From an uncultured Verrucomicrobiae bacterium (GTDB lineage: Bacteria; Verrucomicrobiota; Verrucomicrobiia; Chthoniobacterales; Terrimicrobiaceae): a stretch of 64,000 nt of DNA. The stretch covers positions 576,001 to 640,000 of the forward strand of contig CAVPOC010000003.1 in assembly GCA_963706955.1 (NCBI GenBank). Reading direction: 5' to 3'. Positions 1 through 10,122 of this stretch are shown here, in pieces. Position numbers and translations under genes: made by a program. The notes under the pieces were generated by a model. The model searched no databases, was not told the DNA's origin, and saw only the letters and a list, made by a program, of their open reading frames with translations. Numbering within the stretch: position 1 is the stretch's first letter; each line of letters opens with the position of its first letter.

Positions 1-1
1 T

Positions 2-247
2 CGCCACAAAGTCGCTGATTTCTCGAAGTGGAAACCTGTTTATGACAGCCATTTGCCGGCTCGGCAAAAAGCCGGCCTGAAGGAAGTGCATCTCCTCCGC
101 AATATCGACGATCCAAACGAGGTGGTTCTTTTATTCGAGGCAGAGGACGTGCAAAAGGCTAGAGACTTCGCCGCCAGCTCAGATTTGAGGGAAACGATGC
201 AACGATCCGGGGTGGTTGACAGACCGGATGCTTACTTCCTCGAATAG
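2..247 (+). CDS. Small ferredoxin-like/ABM-type hypothetical protein (5'-truncated by window edge)
   Basis: Open frame from position 2: RHKVADFSKWKPVYDSHLPARQKAGL...DDPNEVVLLFEAED; pattern of small dimeric alpha/beta-barrel (DUF3764/'cyclase'-like) proteins. Confidence 0.7.
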   Translation, partial: RHKVADFSKWKPVYDSHLPARQKAGLKEVHLLRNIDDPNEVVLLFEAEDVQKARDFAASSDLRETMQRSGVVDRPDAYFLE

Positions 248-288
248 GGAGCCGAGGAGGGGTTTAACTCGATGTCCTCTCAAGCCTC

Positions 289-825
289 TTAAAAACCATC
301 GACCTGGGGAATAGCTTCGACACGCGGGTGTTTCATCGCGCGATGTCTGGCGGCGAGCTCGCGCCGCAGCGCTTTGCGCAACTTTGCCTCCTCGAAGCGG
401 CGGCGCTCGTTCGGTGTGGAAGGCTTGAAGGGCGGCACCGCCGTTGGTTTGCCCGCCTCGTCCATTGCCACCATGGTGAAATAGCATCTGTTCGCGTGGC
501 GGGCGACATGGGTGCGAATGTTTTCCGCGATCACCTTGATGCCGATCTCTAGCGAAGAGTTGCCGGTGTAGTTGACGGAAGCGAGGAAGGTAACCAGCTC
601 GCCGACATGGATCGGCTCCCGGAAGGTGACTTGGTCGACTGACAAGGTAACCACATACCGCCCCGCATAGCGGCTGGCACAAGCATAGGCCACTTGATCC
701 AACAGCTTGAGGATCGCGCCGCCATGCACATTGCCTGTGAAGTTAGCCATGTCTGGCGTCATCAACAACGTCATGGCAAGCTGATGCTCCGGGAGATTCG
801 CGACTCCATTTATGTTCATTCGCAT
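289..825 (-). CDS. Acyl-CoA thioesterase (hotdog fold, YciA-like)
   Basis: MTPDMANFTGNVHGGAILKLLDQVAY motif; start at ATG 825 or 819 rather than the ORF-track start 1011. Confidence 0.9.
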   Translation of the reverse strand: MRMNINGVANLPEHQLAMTLLMTPDMANFTGNVHGGAILKLLDQVAYACASRYAGRYVVTLSVDQVTFREPIHVGELVTFLASVNYTGNSSLEIGIKVIAENIRTHVARHANRCYFTMVAMDEAGKPTAVPPFKPSTPNERRRFEEAKLRKALRRELAARHRAMKHPRVEAIPQVDGF

Positions 826-967
826 GGAGCTGACTCTTGATCGTTCATCCGGGGATTTCAAGATTGCTGAAGGCGGCGAGGCCGGCGCGGCAAATGCTTT
901 ATTTCCACTCACGGCGGTGGGCCCACCTAGGCGCGCCCTGGCGGGGATACCGCCGCGACAAGATGCC

Positions 968-1771
968 CTAGTTGAGCGTTCGCTCGCGCACCGACGTAAT
1001 TTCGAAGCCACTTGAGGTTTTCTGCAGCTTCACGGTTTTGACTGCCGTGCCCGTCCTTTCTTGTTCCTGGTTCTTGACGGCGTATTTGATTCGATATTGC
1101 ACCTCGAGCGGATCTGCTTGGGGATCGTTGAGAACTCGAATGTCACCAACCAGCCAATATCGCCGTGTGGGCCATTTCTGATTGTAGCGGCGAATGTCCC
1201 TTCCGATGAAGTCCCTCGTGACCACACCGCTGTCATAGTAATTCGCCTTTGGTGCATAAAATTGAAGCTCCGCTTCGACGTTCTCGTCGATCCCCACGAC
1301 GACAAAACCGGCAATAAAGTCACGGATCTGCTCCAATAAGTCTGCCTGCAGGGCTTGTCCGTCGGGCTGGGTTGGCTGGGTTGCGCTGGGTTGGCTGGGT
1401 TGGCTGGGTATGGCTGGGTTGGCGGCAGAATTCAACTCCTTTAGGAACTCTTTATCCTGCTGTCGTAGCTCTCGCCATGGTTCGGGACGCGTTGCGGACG
1501 ATTCGCTCGTCGTGGCCGGAGCCGGCGGCGCACTGTCAAGCCCCAACGCTTGCAGCGTTTCCTCATTGAGCTCGCCCGTGACTTCAAGCCCGCGACGGGC
1601 CTGAAAACGCGTGATCGCGGCCGCGGTTGCGTTGTCAATTTCACCAGTAACTTCTCCGAGGTAAAGCACGTGCGATTTTAGCGCCTGTTGGACTGCGGCG
1701 ATCTTCGGATCGGCGTTAACGCTCTCGAAGAAGCAGAGCATTAGCAGAGTAAATACAGAAAACGTTTTCAT
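968..1771 (-). CDS. Secreted peptidoglycan-binding-domain protein with Pro/Gln linker and NTF2-like C-terminal domain
   Basis: Signal peptide; PG_binding_1 pattern VQQALK..GEVTGEIDNATAAAITRFQARRGLEVTGELNEETLQALG; PSQPSQPSATQPTQP linker. Confidence 0.8.
   Translation of the reverse strand: MKTFSVFTLLMLCFFESVNADPKIAAVQQALKSHVLYLGEVTGEIDNATAAAITRFQARRGLEVTGELNEETLQALGLDSAPPAPATTSESSATRPEPWRELRQQDKEFLKELNSAANPAIPSQPSQPSATQPTQPDGQALQADLLEQIRDFIAGFVVVGIDENVEAELQFYAPKANYYDSGVVTRDFIGRDIRRYNQKWPTRRYWLVGDIRVLNDPQADPLEVQYRIKYAVKNQEQERTGTAVKTVKLQKTSSGFEITSVRERTLN
1366..1424. repeat. Imperfect 9-bp tandem repeat (GCTGGGTTG) encoding the PSQ/PTQ linker
   Basis: gggttggctgggttgcgctgggttggctgggttggctgggtatggctgggttggc read directly. 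Confidence 0.8.
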
Positions 1772-1942
1772 GGATCAATATGACATGAGCGGACATGGTC
1801 CCTCGCACCGCGCAAGTCGTCCGACATATTCCGTGCTTATGGTGATTCGAACTCGGCAAGCCGTGCGGTTGTTTCTAAAGGGGAGCGGCTTTTCGCGGTG
1901 TGAGCATGTCCAAGCTAGCCAACGCTGCTGGAGATCTCATCG

Positions 1943-3073
1943 CTACGGAACAATGATCAGACCACCAAAATCTGGCTCGGCGCCACCCGTCTTGAAGGGA
2001 CCTTGCCGGAGGCTCAGTTCGCCCGTCCGCTCGACAGCGAACGTGGTCACGCTTCCTTCCGGCTCACCTTTATTAAAGTTCGCCACCAGAAGTCGGCGCC
2101 CGTCGCGAGTGATCCCGATGGCTTCGGCACCATTGCCGGCGGTGGGCACTGGTTGTCCGAGCGTTTGAAGCGTGCCCGACGGACCCACCCGGAACGCGGC
2201 CACTGCTCCTGGCCCAGCGCCATCGGCGTAGAGTGCGAGATATAGAGCTCGCCCGTCAGGTGCGACTACGATTCCCCTCGGGCCGTCGCCGTTGGCCGGA
2301 GTGGGCGGTCCGTCGGGCGAAAGTCGACCGCCTGGCCAAGATTCTGAACCCGGCAATATCGTTCGAGATCGCGTTCGCCGCCCACAATCGCCGGCGATCT
2401 GGCGACACAGCGACGACGAACGTACCCCGACCGGCGGCCCAAGATCCAAGCCGGATCAAGCTCCCGTCCGGTCTTATGCGAAACGCAGTGACATCTCCAC
2501 TCATCATGTGCGCGACGTAGAGCGTTCTTCCATCGACACTGATCGCGGCACCTGCCGCTCCCTCGCCGCCGGTGGGGATCGTCCCGATTGACGTGGCGTT
2601 CTGGACAAGTCATAAATCGAGAGAGTGCCCGCCGCGCCACCATTAAAGTTCGTCATGAAGGCACGCCGGCCATCAGGTGAGATAACCACTTGAGCACTGT
2701 CGGTTGGGGTGGGCGGCGCTGCGGAAATACTGCCCACTGCCACCAGACCACCATTGCGCTTGACTTGGAAGTGGGAAAGCGACCCGGATCCCCACTGCGC
2801 GACATAGAGCGATCGCTTGTCACGAGACAATACTGCGCCTAACGCATTCGCCGATCCCGCCGGCCCGGGAACAACCTCCCGCAGCTCCAAAGCCCCGCCA
2901 GCAGTGAGCTGGAAGCGAGAAATCGAGTTCGACGTCCAATTGGTTACATACACTGTCGCGACACTACGGTCTTCGACGCCAGACGCGCGACCGCCGCCCG
3001 AGGAAGCCGCCAGAAGCAGAACTGCGAGGAAGAGCCACAAGGTGGTGTCACTCCTGGTGATCGAGGTCATCAT
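1943..3073 (-). CDS. Secreted lactonase-family beta-propeller protein (6-phosphogluconolactonase-like), split by about 2 frameshifts
   Basis: Signal peptide; repeated blades (SPDGRRAFMTNF, SPDRRRLWAANAISNDI, APDGRALYLALY, TRDGRRLLVANF) spread over ORFs 2504-3073, 2256-2507 and 1943-2449. Confidence 0.75.
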
Positions 3074-3256
3074 CGAAGATTCTTGAGTCGATTCTCCCGG
3101 GGGCCATACGTGGATAATCCACCAGCAGATTACACGAAACCCAGGGAAACTCGAACGTTGTCAAGACTGCCTTGCAGCCCGCGATGCGTTCTAACGCTGC
3201 TCAGAACTCTCCCGTCGGAATAGACCTAGGTGCAGCCACTCGAATCGAAGCCCTCG

Positions 3257-4369
3257 CTAAGATGACGGAACCTCAAGTCGGTAAACGGCAAACGGACCTT
3301 TCTGTTTGCTTTGCCCACCGTGGTATTTAGGCATGCGATGGATTTGCGAGGTGGTGACGTAGAGTTTGCCATCCGGTCCCCACGCCAGAGTGTCGGGCCA
3401 CTGCAGCAAGTCATCTTCAATGATCGTGGTAAACTTTTGCGTGTCCGGGTCGAAACGCACGATCGCGTTCTTTTCGAATGCGGTGAGATAGACCGACCCA
3501 TTGGGCGCCTCAAGCATGCCATCCGGCTTTGGAGTAGTCGTAATTTTTTCAACTTTTGCTCCGAGCTGAGCGTCGGAAAGCGTCTCATCGAGGAGATGCT
3601 CGGTTTTGATGCGATAGAGCGTGACGCCTGTCAGTGGATGGTAGTAGAGCCAGCCTCCTTCCTTGTCAAAGGCGATACCATCCGCGTGAACATCCGGTGC
3701 TTTACCGGTCTTCGGATCGATAATTTTCATGCCGTCGACAACGATCTCCGCGCCCAGTTCGACTTTGGTGGAAGGATGATTAGCCAGGAGGCGGCGCGCT
3801 TGGCCGGTTTTCAGATCGACGACCACGATTGCTCCAGCACCGCTGTCGGTAATAAAAGCATGTCCGGTCTTTGTGTCCACGCGCACATCGTTCAGATAAG
3901 AACGTGTCGGCGCGATCGTCTCGTCGAACGGAATTGTCTGCACGACCTTGTTCGTTGAAAGATCGACCTTGACGAGCTTTGGTCCACCTTTGACCACGCC
4001 TTCGGCTTTCGGTGATGCGGGATCCAGAATCCAGAGCGCCCCTTGGTCATCAACAACCACGCTCTGAACGCAAATCCAGCGACCTTGGGGCGAACCGCTT
4101 TTGGCGTCCCAAGCCTCATCCGGAAAAGCCTTCGGCTTGCCGTCAATGATCTCAGCCACCGACACCGTGTGATCATCAGACCAGAATGGGAAGTTCACGA
4201 ATACGCGGCCCTGCGGCGAAACGGTGACGCCGGTTACCTGCTGCTTCGGAAAGGTCGCGACTTCCTCGAGCGAAGACTTCTGGGCGCGCAGAGGCAACGT
4301 GACTGCCGCGACCAGGCCGAGGAAAAGTGCCAGCCTGAACCTCGGCCGCGGCTGAATGCTGGATTTCAC
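3257..4369 (-). CDS. Major royal jelly/Yellow-family (SMP-30/gluconolactonase-like) secreted protein
   Basis: VTGVTVSPQGRVFVNFP, VQSVVVD..LWILD, SYLNDVRVD, WPDTLAWGPDG motifs; signal peptide after probable GTG at 4369. Confidence 0.85.
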   Translation of the reverse strand: MKSSIQPRPRFRLALFLGLVAAVTLPLRAQKSSLEEVATFPKQQVTGVTVSPQGRVFVNFPFWSDDHTVSVAEIIDGKPKAFPDEAWDAKSGSPQGRWICVQSVVVDDQGALWILDPASPKAEGVVKGGPKLVKVDLSTNKVVQTIPFDETIAPTRSYLNDVRVDTKTGHAFITDSGAGAIVVVDLKTGQARRLLANHPSTKVELGAEIVVDGMKIIDPKTGKAPDVHADGIAFDKEGGWLYYHPLTGVTLYRIKTEHLLDETLSDAQLGAKVEKITTTPKPDGMLEAPNGSVYLTAFEKNAIVRFDPDTQKFTTIIEDDLLQWPDTLAWGPDGKLYVTTSQIHRMPKYHGGQSKQKGPFAVYRLEVPSS

Positions 4370-4679
4370 CTCCAGAGGGTTTCTTCCTCTAGGCGCGCGT
4401 CGGGAGAGGTATGGTAAGCATGCCCGACGGGTAAAGCTTCGACCTCCCGCTGAGAGGATTTGGCTGATGCTCATGGCAATCTCTTTCGCGGATCAAAACG
4501 CTAGCGGCCTTAAAAATTGGCCTGCGCCTCGTTGCGCGCGCGTTTTACAGGGACGCTGTCCCCATCGTCGAAGGTTCCCGGCCGGGCATCGCCGCCACAA
4601 CATTCACACCGAAAACGATCCGCGCTGTCGCGCGGGGTAAGCGCAGTCCAGCGTGTCGCGGTAGCTACAAAGTACCTTC

Positions 4680-5792
4680 CTACCTTGCACGTGGCGTGAT
4701 GGCGTTTCGGATGCTTGCGAGGGGCGCCCGGTCATCGAAAGTGACTGTGTTTCCCTGCCGTCGAATGCCCAATTGTTGCCAAAGTGTTTCGAGCTCGACC
4801 GTGACAGGCTGGGAGGCCATTTCTTCATAAAGTTCCCGCAGAACGGGCACGCCCACCGCCTGATCTGCCACGTCGAGAACTCGCTCGACACTCCAATCAC
4901 GATCGATCGAACCGCCGGCGGCAAGGATTGCGCGCAACGAATGCTCAAGTCCATAGCGGTTGCCGGTTCGCTGGCGGATAAGCAGGTCGGCACGAAGATA
5001 AAAAAGGGCGCCACCCCAATAGGTTCGCCCCCAAGTCGGAGTGCCATCGAGTCCCCGGTCACCGGATTGCGGCTGACCTTGGGGGAGGCCAACGACGAAG
5101 TCGAACCAAACGCGCTCTGGTGTTAACAGACCTGCGCGGGCTTGAGCAATAGATTCGACATAGGTGGCCAGTCCCTCCTCGAGCCAGTGGTGGCGCTCGG
5201 GCAGCGAAGGAAATGCCAGGTGGACCATCTCATGCGTCAGCAGCCAATCATCTGCGAGACTAGCTGTGGTCGCATCGCGTCCCAGTGCGATGGTGATGAG
5301 CGGACCGCGCCAACCGTAGGCCGTGCCATCCCTTGCTTGCTTGCCTACGCTGGAGGCAATCCGGAGCCTCAATCGGGGAACCGGAAATCTCCCATAGTAG
5401 TCCGAGACAGCACGCGCCGAGCGCTCAACCCATTGCCGAGCCACGCTCTCCCACGCGGCCGAAGCGGATCTTACGAACTCGATCTCGATCAAACCATTGG
5501 CAATCCGTAGCTCAGTGCCCGCGGCCGAAGTTGCGACGAGCAGGAGCGCGAAGGCTCCGAGCAAAGCTTGCAGAACTTTTGGCGACGTCTTTTCCGCGCG
5601 CGAAACTCGCGGCGGAGGTTTGCAGCAAGGCCAGGCCCCAACAAGCCGGCGCGGAGAGCAAAACGGTGAAAAGCCCAAGCAAAACCCGATCACGTTCATA
5701 ACCATATGGCAAAACGACACCACCACAAGGCATCGGACCGCTTCGAAATCCGACTCTGGAGGCCCCGCAGAGATCTCGTGAAGGCGCATCAC
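4680..5792 (-). CDS. Secreted gluzincin (M1/M61-like) zinc metallopeptidase; true start probably downstream of 5792
   Basis: THEMVH (HExxH) followed by WLEEGLATY (third-ligand Glu); hydrophobic signal-like segment LLGAFALLLVATSAAG. Confidence 0.75.
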   Translation of the reverse strand: MMRLHEISAGPPESDFEAVRCLVVVSFCHMVMNVIGFCLGFSPFCSPRRLVGAWPCCKPPPRVSRAEKTSPKVLQALLGAFALLLVATSAAGTELRIANGLIEIEFVRSASAAWESVARQWVERSARAVSDYYGRFPVPRLRLRIASSVGKQARDGTAYGWRGPLITIALGRDATTASLADDWLLTHEMVHLAFPSLPERHHWLEEGLATYVESIAQARAGLLTPERVWFDFVVGLPQGQPQSGDRGLDGTPTWGRTYWGGALFYLRADLLIRQRTGNRYGLEHSLRAILAAGGSIDRDWSVERVLDVADQAVGVPVLRELYEEMASQPVTVELETLWQQLGIRRQGNTVTFDDRAPLASIRNAITPRAR

Positions 5793-5919
5793 TGACCTCG
5801 TTTTCCGAACAATGGAACGACGCCTTGGACCGGCCCGCGCACGGCTGAGGAGGAGATTTGCTAGTCGGATGCGCTAATTCCCGGTCCCAAAAACGAATAA
5901 TGCAAAAGGAGAGATTATC

Positions 5920-6285
5920 ATGAAACGAAAATTGTGTCTCATTGCAGTGGGACCGCTTCTCTTGGCCGCGTGTGAAACTGAGCCGATTGTGACGACAACC
6001 ACGACCGAAACCCGGCAGGAGATCGTTCGCACCCAGGGAGATCGAGTAGTCGGCCGGGAGGTGATCGTGTCGCGAAACCCACCCGGGGTTCAGGTGGAAC
6101 AGCAACCTGCTGCCCCCGGATCAGAATATGTCTGGACACGAGGGTATTGGCGATGGACCGGAGCAGACTACGTCTGGGTGCCTGGGAGCTGGGTCGCTCG
6201 TCCGAGAACAACGGCGGTCTACGTTCAAGGCGAATGGCAGCGTCGTCCCGGGGGATGGGTATGGGTGCCGGGCCGTTGGCAATAG
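5920..6285 (+). CDS. YXWGXW-repeat lipoprotein (BcpO-like)
   Basis: Lipobox LAAC; YVWTRGYW, YVWVPGSW, YVQGEW, WVWVPGRW repeats; AGGAGA RBS upstream. Confidence 0.85.
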   Translation: MKRKLCLIAVGPLLLAACETEPIVTTTTTETRQEIVRTQGDRVVGREVIVSRNPPGVQVEQQPAAPGSEYVWTRGYWRWTGADYVWVPGSWVARPRTTAVYVQGEWQRRPGGWVWVPGRWQ

Positions 6286-6303
6286 GTCGCAGGTCTTGAA
6301 AAT

Positions 6304-6585
6304 ATGAACGGTGAAAAACGCATCCAATTCGCCGAAGCGTCCCAGGCATTTCTCTGCGACGAATACTTCAGGAACAACTTCACGGCCTTCCTTCATGCGA
6401 ACTCGGTTATTGTCGAATTGGCGGAACGCTCCGCATGGCCCGCTTCCCCAGAAATTCCGGATTCCGATAAGCTGTCTGTTCTGAAACTCACGAAAGAATC
6501 TCCGGCTTTGAAGCAGGAAATCGGAGATGGGCTCATCGAACGATTCCTCGCCGCCGACAAAGTAAACAAGGCGCAAAATACGTAA
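6304..6585 (+). CDS. Hypothetical protein (93 aa)
   Basis: ATG-started ORF immediately downstream of the lipoprotein, protein-like composition. Confidence 0.5.
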   Translation: MNGEKRIQFAEASQAFLCDEYFRNNFTAFLHANSVIVELAERSAWPASPEIPDSDKLSVLKLTKESPALKQEIGDGLIERFLAADKVNKAQNT

Positions 6586-6660
6586 GGCTCTCCGTCGCGG
6601 AGGCGTGGCCTCAATGGACCTGCGTGGACGAGCTGATCTAAATTCTTTGCCTTCACGCCT

Positions 6661-6906
6661 ATGGATGCCGCAGATAGAGGCTTCCGGATAGGTGCGTCTC
6701 ATGCTGCAGGATGGATTGCAGAAACTGTCAAAACGATGGGGCAGCAAAGGCGAGCACCCCGGAAATCTCGCAAGTCGTTCAAGACTATATGAACATCTTG
6801 GTGGACTGGCGCGTAGGAGCAGGTCGAAATGCCCAAGGGCAATCCGTGGAGCTGGTCGTATGAGCAACTGCAGGATTACATTGGGCGACGAAGGAAGGAA
6901 TGGTGA
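6661..6906 (+). CDS. Hypothetical small protein (~80 aa), needs about 2 indel corrections
   Basis: Manual reading across three frames: MDAADRGFRIGASHAAGWIAETVKTMGQQ / STPEISQVVQDYMNILVDWR / EQVEMPKGNPWSWSYEQLQDYIGRRRKEW*; absent from the ORF track. Confidence 0.35.
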
Positions 6907-6937
6907 AACGAACTGCCGGCCGGAGGATCGATGAAGT

Positions 6938-7147
6938 TCAGCGGGTGCGCCCCTGATCCGCTTCGCTCGCCTTCACTCGAGGATCGGGATCTTCCGGTTG
7001 GCTGAAAGCTGCTTTTTGTTCCGCTTTCGTATTGCGCTTCTCTGGCAAAGGGTCTTCGACGAAATCCTTTAATTTTGCGGGCTGCTCGGAAGGAATCGAA
7101 GGCGTGCCCGAACGTTTTCCGACCGGAGTCACCTTACGACGCTTCAT
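6938..7147 (-). CDS. Small hydrophilic hypothetical protein
   Basis: MKRRKVTPVGKRSGTPSIPSEQPAKLKDFVEDPLPEKRNTKAEQ...; charged, disordered composition. Confidence 0.45.
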   Translation of the reverse strand: MKRRKVTPVGKRSGTPSIPSEQPAKLKDFVEDPLPEKRNTKAEQKAAFSQPEDPDPRVKASEADQGRTR

Positions 7148-7221
7148 GTCTTGGATTCGCGTCCTGAGAGCACCCGACGGTCGCATCGAGGTAAGCGAAC
7201 GGAAGGTGGGACGAGGTTCTG

Positions 7222-7473
7222 TCAGGGAACATGCGGGTCAAAGTGCTTAACCACCCACAAGCTATCCTCAGCTAATCCGATCTCCTGTTCGTCGAGCTGG
7301 GGGTCTTCGTGGGCAGCGAGCAACAAGATGACACGCGACCCATCGCGATAGAACACGTTGGCGATTGACCGCGCGCAAACCCCTTCGGGTGTATCCCAGA
7401 CCTCCACCGGGATTGTGAATTCATTCCCTTGGAAGCTTCGAAAAACCTCGATATGTGACATGAGGGTTCTCAT
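7222..7473 (-). CDS. Hypothetical protein (~80 aa)
   Basis: 3' part of ORF 7222-7881 is protein-like (MSHIEVFRSFQGNEFTIPVEVWDTPEG...). Confidence 0.45.
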   Translation of the reverse strand: MRTLMSHIEVFRSFQGNEFTIPVEVWDTPEGVCARSIANVFYRDGSRVILLLAAHEDPQLDEQEIGLAEDSLWVVKHFDPHVP

Positions 7474-7931
7474 GGTTATTTCTAGAGCGGTCGGCCGCGG
7501 CTGGCCCGATTCTGCAAGGTGATTCGGGCAAAAGGCATTTTTCGGATGCCTGTTTACGACGGAACCCTCTACGAAAGTCCCTGATTCGACTACCAGAGCG
7601 ACCCGAGCAAACTGGCGGACGATCCTGGGCTGGGTGAGCCAATGCTCAGAAAGAAGCCGCCAAATGTCGAAGCGCGTGGCGGCGTCCCCGCCGCGGGGGA
7701 AGCTTCTTTGCACGATACCGGGGCACTCCGGCTGACGTGAGACCGCACCGTTGGCGCGATAGGAGCGTTCAAACGGACGCATTTCTAGACCCGCGACGTA
7801 TTCATGGCGTCCGCGGGTCTTTTCTTTTTGTCGCGGACCCGGAATGTAGCGCTTGAGAGGCGCAAGAAAGGGGCTCAACATTTCTCAGTGCCTCAGGGTT
7901 TCTTTTCTCCCCGCTTTGCCTAGGTTCTCCT

Positions 7932-8879
7932 ATGCCAGTTAAAGCACAATTTCCAGGGGAGCAGTCGGAGGCAGGGGAATTCGAGCGCCAGGAGGATGCC
8001 TTTCGCGATTTCGTTTCGATCGATGGCTCGACGCCGTACCCGGCGGTGGCGGGTCGCTATCATCTGTATATTTCCCTCGCTTGTCCATGGGCGAGCCGCA
8101 CGTTCATTGTGCGCATGTTGATGGGGCTGCAAGACGTCGTTGGCATGACCGTGGTCGATCCGGTGCGCGACGAGCGCGGCTGGGCGTTTCATGACGGACC
8201 CGGCTACAGCCGCGATCCAATTAACGGCTTCGACTTCCTGAGCGAAGCGTATGTGGCGACCGATCCGAACTTCGACGGTCGCGTGACCGTGCCGGTCTTG
8301 TGGGACAAGGAAGCCCGCCGAATTGTCAACAACTCAGAGGATGACATCTGCCGAATGTTTAACGACGCATTCCGCGAGCTCGGCAATCGCTCCGTCGATC
8401 TCTTCCCCAAAGACTTGGAAGCCGACCAGGCAAAGCTCTCCGCCTTTGTTTACGATTATGTAAACAACCGAGTCTACAGAGCGGGCTTCGCAAGCACACA
8501 ACGGGCTTACGAGAAGAATTGTCGTGCACTCTTCTACGCTCTGGAAGAACTAGAAAAACGCCTGGCAACGCAAAGATACCTTTTTGGCGGTCGTATCGTC
8601 GAAACCGACTGGCGGTTGTTTTGCACTCTCGTGCGCTTCGACGCCGTCTATCACGGGCACTTCAAATGCAATATCCGCCGAATCGTGGACTATGCCAACT
8701 TGGACGGCTACTTGCGGGATCTGTATCAGCAGCCTGGAATCGCCGAGACCGTAAACCTCGAGCACATCAAACAGCATTACTACATCACCCACGATGACAT
8801 TAATCCGACCCAAATAGTTCCCGTGGGACCAGAGCTTGATTTGACGCGTCCTCATGGACGCGAACGTCTGTCGGCGTAG
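7932..8879 (+). CDS. yqjG: Glutathionyl-hydroquinone reductase (Xi-class GST)
   Basis: RYHLYISLACPWASR active site; VTVPVLWDK; RFDAVYHGHFKCN; HIKQHYY..HDDINPTQIVP. Confidence 0.92.
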   Translation: MPVKAQFPGEQSEAGEFERQEDAFRDFVSIDGSTPYPAVAGRYHLYISLACPWASRTFIVRMLMGLQDVVGMTVVDPVRDERGWAFHDGPGYSRDPINGFDFLSEAYVATDPNFDGRVTVPVLWDKEARRIVNNSEDDICRMFNDAFRELGNRSVDLFPKDLEADQAKLSAFVYDYVNNRVYRAGFASTQRAYEKNCRALFYALEELEKRLATQRYLFGGRIVETDWRLFCTLVRFDAVYHGHFKCNIRRIVDYANLDGYLRDLYQQPGIAETVNLEHIKQHYYITHDDINPTQIVPVGPELDLTRPHGRERLSA

Positions 8880-8906
8880 GGCGGTTCGCCCGCCGAGCCA
8901 AATTGC

Positions 8907-9233
8907 CTACCGGCGTGCCAGAGTATCCTCGATTGGTCCTCGAGTCACCGCCGTGGGTTCCTCCAGCACGGAAAACGAGTGGACACTGAGTTCGGACAAC
9001 ACCGGCAAAGATTTCATCGCGGCCACGATGGGACCCTCGAGGTATGCCCGGGCCGACTCTTCATCGTCGAACAGGTAGATGCCCCCACCGCGAGATTCCG
9101 CCTCATTCAAAAGCCAAATTTTCCAGCGGAGTCCAGGCACCTGAGCGATTTGGGAAGCGACGGCGTCGAATCCACTCTCAAATTCCGCGCGAGTGACCGA
9201 AAACTTGTAGTTGATCTGCAAGAGGTGAGGCAT
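8907..9233 (-). CDS. YdhR-family putative monooxygenase
   Basis: IAQVPGLRWKIWLLNEAESRGGGIYLFDDEESARAYL. Confidence 0.85.
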   Translation of the reverse strand: MPHLLQINYKFSVTRAEFESGFDAVASQIAQVPGLRWKIWLLNEAESRGGGIYLFDDEESARAYLEGPIVAAMKSLPVLSELSVHSFSVLEEPTAVTRGPIEDTLARR

Positions 9234-9296
9234 CCGCGCACTTTCTGTGCGACGTCCGGTCACCGCAAGCAAAGATCTTCTTCGGAAGCGATCCCA

Positions 9297-9988
9297 TCAC
9301 CACGCGATCACCTTCCTGTCCCGCAGGAATTTTGCCGTTAGGTTCGTCGGTGCCTCCGTCGCCAGCCAGACGATAGTGTCGGCTCCCTCTTCAACCGAAC
9401 GAGTGGCATTCGCCCCTCCCATATCGGTGCGCACCCAGCCAGGACACACCGAGTTTATGGAGAAGTTGGGCAGGGCGGCCGCAAAGAGACAGGTCACCGC
9501 GTTGAGCGCAGTCTTGGAGAGGCAATAGGCTGGCGCCCAAGTGTCCATGCCGTCGGCAAGCTGCCCTCCACCGCTGGAAACATTAATGACACGCGGTGAT
9601 TTGCTTTTGGCAAGCAATGGCAAGAATGCCTGCGTCACAAGCAGCGGCCCAAGCGTGTTGGTTTGGAAGGTCTTGTTAACGGTTTCCGGATCGAGCTGAG
9701 TAATCGAGTTGTCTCCTTCGAGGATGACACCCGCGTTGTTGATGAGGACGTCAAGATGGTTTGCAGCTGCAGAAACAAGATGAACAGCGTTGCGAACGCT
9801 TTCCGGGTCGCAAACGTCAAGCAGAATGAATGTTGCCATTGCGCCGCTTGTCCGCAGCGCTTGCGTGGCATTTTGTCCGCTCTCGGCATTACGCGCACCC
9901 AGGAAAACGTGAAATCCGATGCTGCCGAGCTGTCGGACCACTTCGTACCCATTCCTTTGTTAGCGCCAGTCACCAAGGCCGTTTTCAT
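9297..9988 (-). CDS. Short-chain dehydrogenase/reductase (carbonyl reductase-like), 1 frameshift near 9950
   Basis: MKTALVTGANKG.G (TGxxxGxG), LINNAG, YCLSK (YxxxK), VCPGWVRTDMGG. Confidence 0.88.
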
Positions 9989-10039
9989 GCGCGCAAGCAA
10001 GCTATCATACGAGAAATCATCTCGTCGAAAGAGGCGAGT

Positions 10040-10066
10040 TGTAGGGGCGTTTGTGTCAAGCGCCCC
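10040..10066 (+). repeat. GTAG-type REP-like palindrome (family 2)
   Basis: TGTAGGGGCGTTTGTGTCAAGCGCCCC, similar to 27776-27801. Confidence 0.65.
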
Positions 10067-10122
10067 GACAAAGTTTCTTTCAGAATTGTCCAGCGGCTCA
10101 GAGCGACGCGTGGTCCCCGGCA

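Noticed and set aside
7474..7881. N-terminal extension of ORF 7222-7881, or the 60-aa ORF 7590-7772 as a RiPP precursor
   Set aside because: The region contains a REP core, has non-protein-like composition, and no modifying enzymes are nearby.
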